Assembly (NCBI RefSeq): GCF_000354175.2
Contig: NC_022349.1
Location: forward strand, 90,001-122,000
Length of the DNA: 32,000 nucleotides
Direction: 5' to 3'
Source of the DNA: Vibrio alginolyticus NBRC 15630 = ATCC 17749
GTDB lineage: Bacteria; Pseudomonadota; Gammaproteobacteria; Enterobacterales; Vibrionaceae
Below, piece after piece: positions 30,672-32,000 of this stretch (the first letter of the stretch is position 1; each line of letters opens with the position of its first letter). A model generated the notes under the pieces. It was not told where the DNA came from, made no database searches, and worked only from the letters and a program-made list of their open reading frames with translations. Position numbers and translations under genes: made by a program.

Positions 30672-30824
30672 TTATTCCTCTGGAATATCGTCCCTGACTT
30701 CGATCATTTCAGCAAGCTCTTCAAGTGCTTGGACAGAAAGCTCAGACAAGCGTTGTAGGTGTTGGTCTAAGCTCTCTTGTTCTTCAAGCTCTGGTTCATC
30801 ATTATTTGTTTCTTTTATTAGCAT
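30672..30824 (-). CDS. Candidate small acidic protein (50 aa), unknown function
   Basis: This ORF is below the 60-aa ORF-track cutoff. Translation: MLIKETNNDEPELEEQESLDQHLQRLSELSVQALEELAEMIEVRDDIPEE. The ATG is preceded by GAGAGG with a 7-nt spacer, and an in-frame TGA lies 11 codons upstream. It is bracketed by the upstream gene's terminator (30990-31024) and the 30609-30644 hairpin. Confidence 0.4.
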   Translation of the reverse strand: MLIKETNNDEPELEEQESLDQHLQRLSELSVQALEELAEMIEVRDDIPEE

Positions 30825-30989
30825 TTCCCAACCTCTCAAGTTGAGTAAGGGGAGCTCTCATCATACTCAAAAGGCAAAGTAGAAAAGAAACGATCTATGT
30901 TGATTTTGTTAGCTCGATCATTGATTCAACTTATATATGAGAAGGATGTGTTTAATAAGGAGAGCAAGTGCAAGGTTTTTGGATGCGGG

Positions 30990-31024
30990 AACAAAAACGC
31001 CAGTAATCATGACAATTACTGGCG
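30990..31024 (-). terminator. Rho-independent terminator of the ATP-grasp gene/operon
   Basis: Read on the minus strand: cgccagtaat-tgtcatg-attactggcg followed by tttttgtt. The stem is 10 bp. Confidence 0.85.
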
Positions 31025-31051
31025 AGTAATAACGAACATTAGGTCGGAGGG

Positions 31052-32000
31052 TTAGAACAACGGCTTCACACCGAACTGCTCTGCTGCGTAAGCGACGCGT
31101 TCAATCGGTTTTGGATACTCAGCAGGTGTGCCAAGGCTCTCTATGTGTTTCAAACGAGGAAGCAAGCCTGCACCATTAGCGATTTGGATTGCCAGACCAG
31201 GGCGAGCGTTAAGCTCTAAAACCATAGGTCCTTCATCTTTATCCAGCACCATATCCGTACCCATGTATCCCAAACCTGTCATTTCCCAGGCACTTGACGC
31301 AAGCTCCAGCAAGCGCTCCCAATGCGGTACTTGAAGGGTCGAAAGGTCTTTACCTGTATCAGGGTGATGAGTCACTGGATGATCGAACTGCACCGCTCTG
31401 ACGGCTTTACCTGTCGCGATGTCAATGCCTACTCCTACGGCACCTTGGTGAAGGTTTGCTTTGCCGTCGGAAGCCGCTGTAGAACAGCGCATCATCGCCA
31501 TAACTGGATAACCTTTAAATACGATGATCCGAACATCTGGTACGCCTTCATAACTGAAGCCATCAAAACAGTCATCAAACTTGATTAAGTTTTCAACCAC
31601 AGCAACGTCATTTTTACCACCAAGAGAGAAAAGGCCAGCAAGCGCATTACTAATGTGACGCTCGACCTCATCCCTACCAATTGTAGAGCCGGAGGGTTTG
31701 GTATATACCCCGTTTTTGTGAGACGTAACAACCAGAATGCCTTTACCGCCACTACCTTGTGCAGGTTTGATTACAAAACCAGGCCAGTTCTCAACCATTT
31801 TGTGGATAGTCTTAACTTCAGCTTGGTTATGAATGACACCGATCAGGGCAGGAACTGTTGCTCCTGCTGCCTGTGCAATAATTTTGGTCTTTAGCTTGTC
31901 ATCGACAAGTGGGTATTTAGAACGATCATTGTAACGGCCAATATAGCTGTGGTTACGCTTGTTCATCCCCATAATGCCTTTATGGCGAAGCTTAGACGGC
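31052..32000 (-). CDS. Alpha-L-glutamate ligase-related ATP-grasp protein (RimK-related); 5'-truncated by window edge
   Basis: The frame stays open beyond the listed Met to the window end (PSKLRHKGIMGMNKRN...). ATP-grasp features are present (FVIKPAQGSGGKGILVV, PDVRIIVFKG, GPMVLELNARPGL). From memory, the family corresponds to the RimK-related alpha-L-glutamate ligase group of Vibrio/Pseudomonas, whose function is unknown. Confidence 0.8.
   Translation of the reverse strand, partial: PSKLRHKGIMGMNKRNHSYIGRYNDRSKYPLVDDKLKTKIIAQAAGATVPALIGVIHNQAEVKTIHKMVENWPGFVIKPAQGSGGKGILVVTSHKNGVYTKPSGSTIGRDEVERHISNALAGLFSLGGKNDVAVVENLIKFDDCFDGFSYEGVPDVRIIVFKGYPVMAMMRCSTAASDGKANLHQGAVGVGIDIATGKAVRAVQFDHPVTHHPDTGKDLSTLQVPHWERLLELASSAWEMTGLGYMGTDMVLDKDEGPMVLELNARPGLAIQIANGAGLLPRLKHIESLGTPAEYPKPIERVAYAAEQFGVKPLF

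Overview
This window looks like a densely packed core region of a Vibrio-type gammaproteobacterial chromosome. I support 24 protein-coding genes, two of them cut by the window edges. By eye there are no rRNA or tRNA genes, CRISPR arrays, transposases or integrases, and no obvious compositional island.

Gene order (< minus strand, > plus strand):
- icd (monomeric type, 5' cut)
- <cspD, >clpS-clpA
- <infA, <bpt, <aat
- >glycine-zipper protein, >aroA
- <yciN, >topA
- >glgC-glgA, >alpha/beta hydrolase
- <DUF2007/Zn-ribbon protein, <TVP38/DedA-like protein
- <tfoY, preceded by a cyclic-di-GMP-I (GEMM-I) riboswitch
- <purR
- <torD, >torR
- <elyC, >cmoM-mukF-mukE-mukB
- an unlisted 50-aa acidic ORF
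- <RimK-related ATP-grasp ligase (5' cut)

Several ORF-track starts are too far upstream: clpA, aroA, purR, mukE, cmoM, glgA, and probably the hydrolase, the glycine-zipper gene and the DUF2007 gene. I re-called these from homologous N-termini recalled from memory and from RBS positions. Most transcription units end in clear Rho-independent hairpins.

The strongest signal not explained by ORFs is the GEMM-I riboswitch in the tfoY leader. It is a homologue of V. cholerae Vc2, so it is a known class rather than a new one.

I did not find convincing evidence for a new multi-gene system. The most open items are:
- the stand-alone 50-aa acidic ORF after mukB
- the orphan torD/torR pair with tor-box-like repeats
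- the roughly 700-bp cspD-clpS and roughly 550-bp topA-glgC non-coding regions
- the uncharacterised hydrolase/DUF2007/TVP38 genes
- the RimK-related ligase whose operon continues off-window

All homology statements come from memory and reading the sequence. No searches were run.
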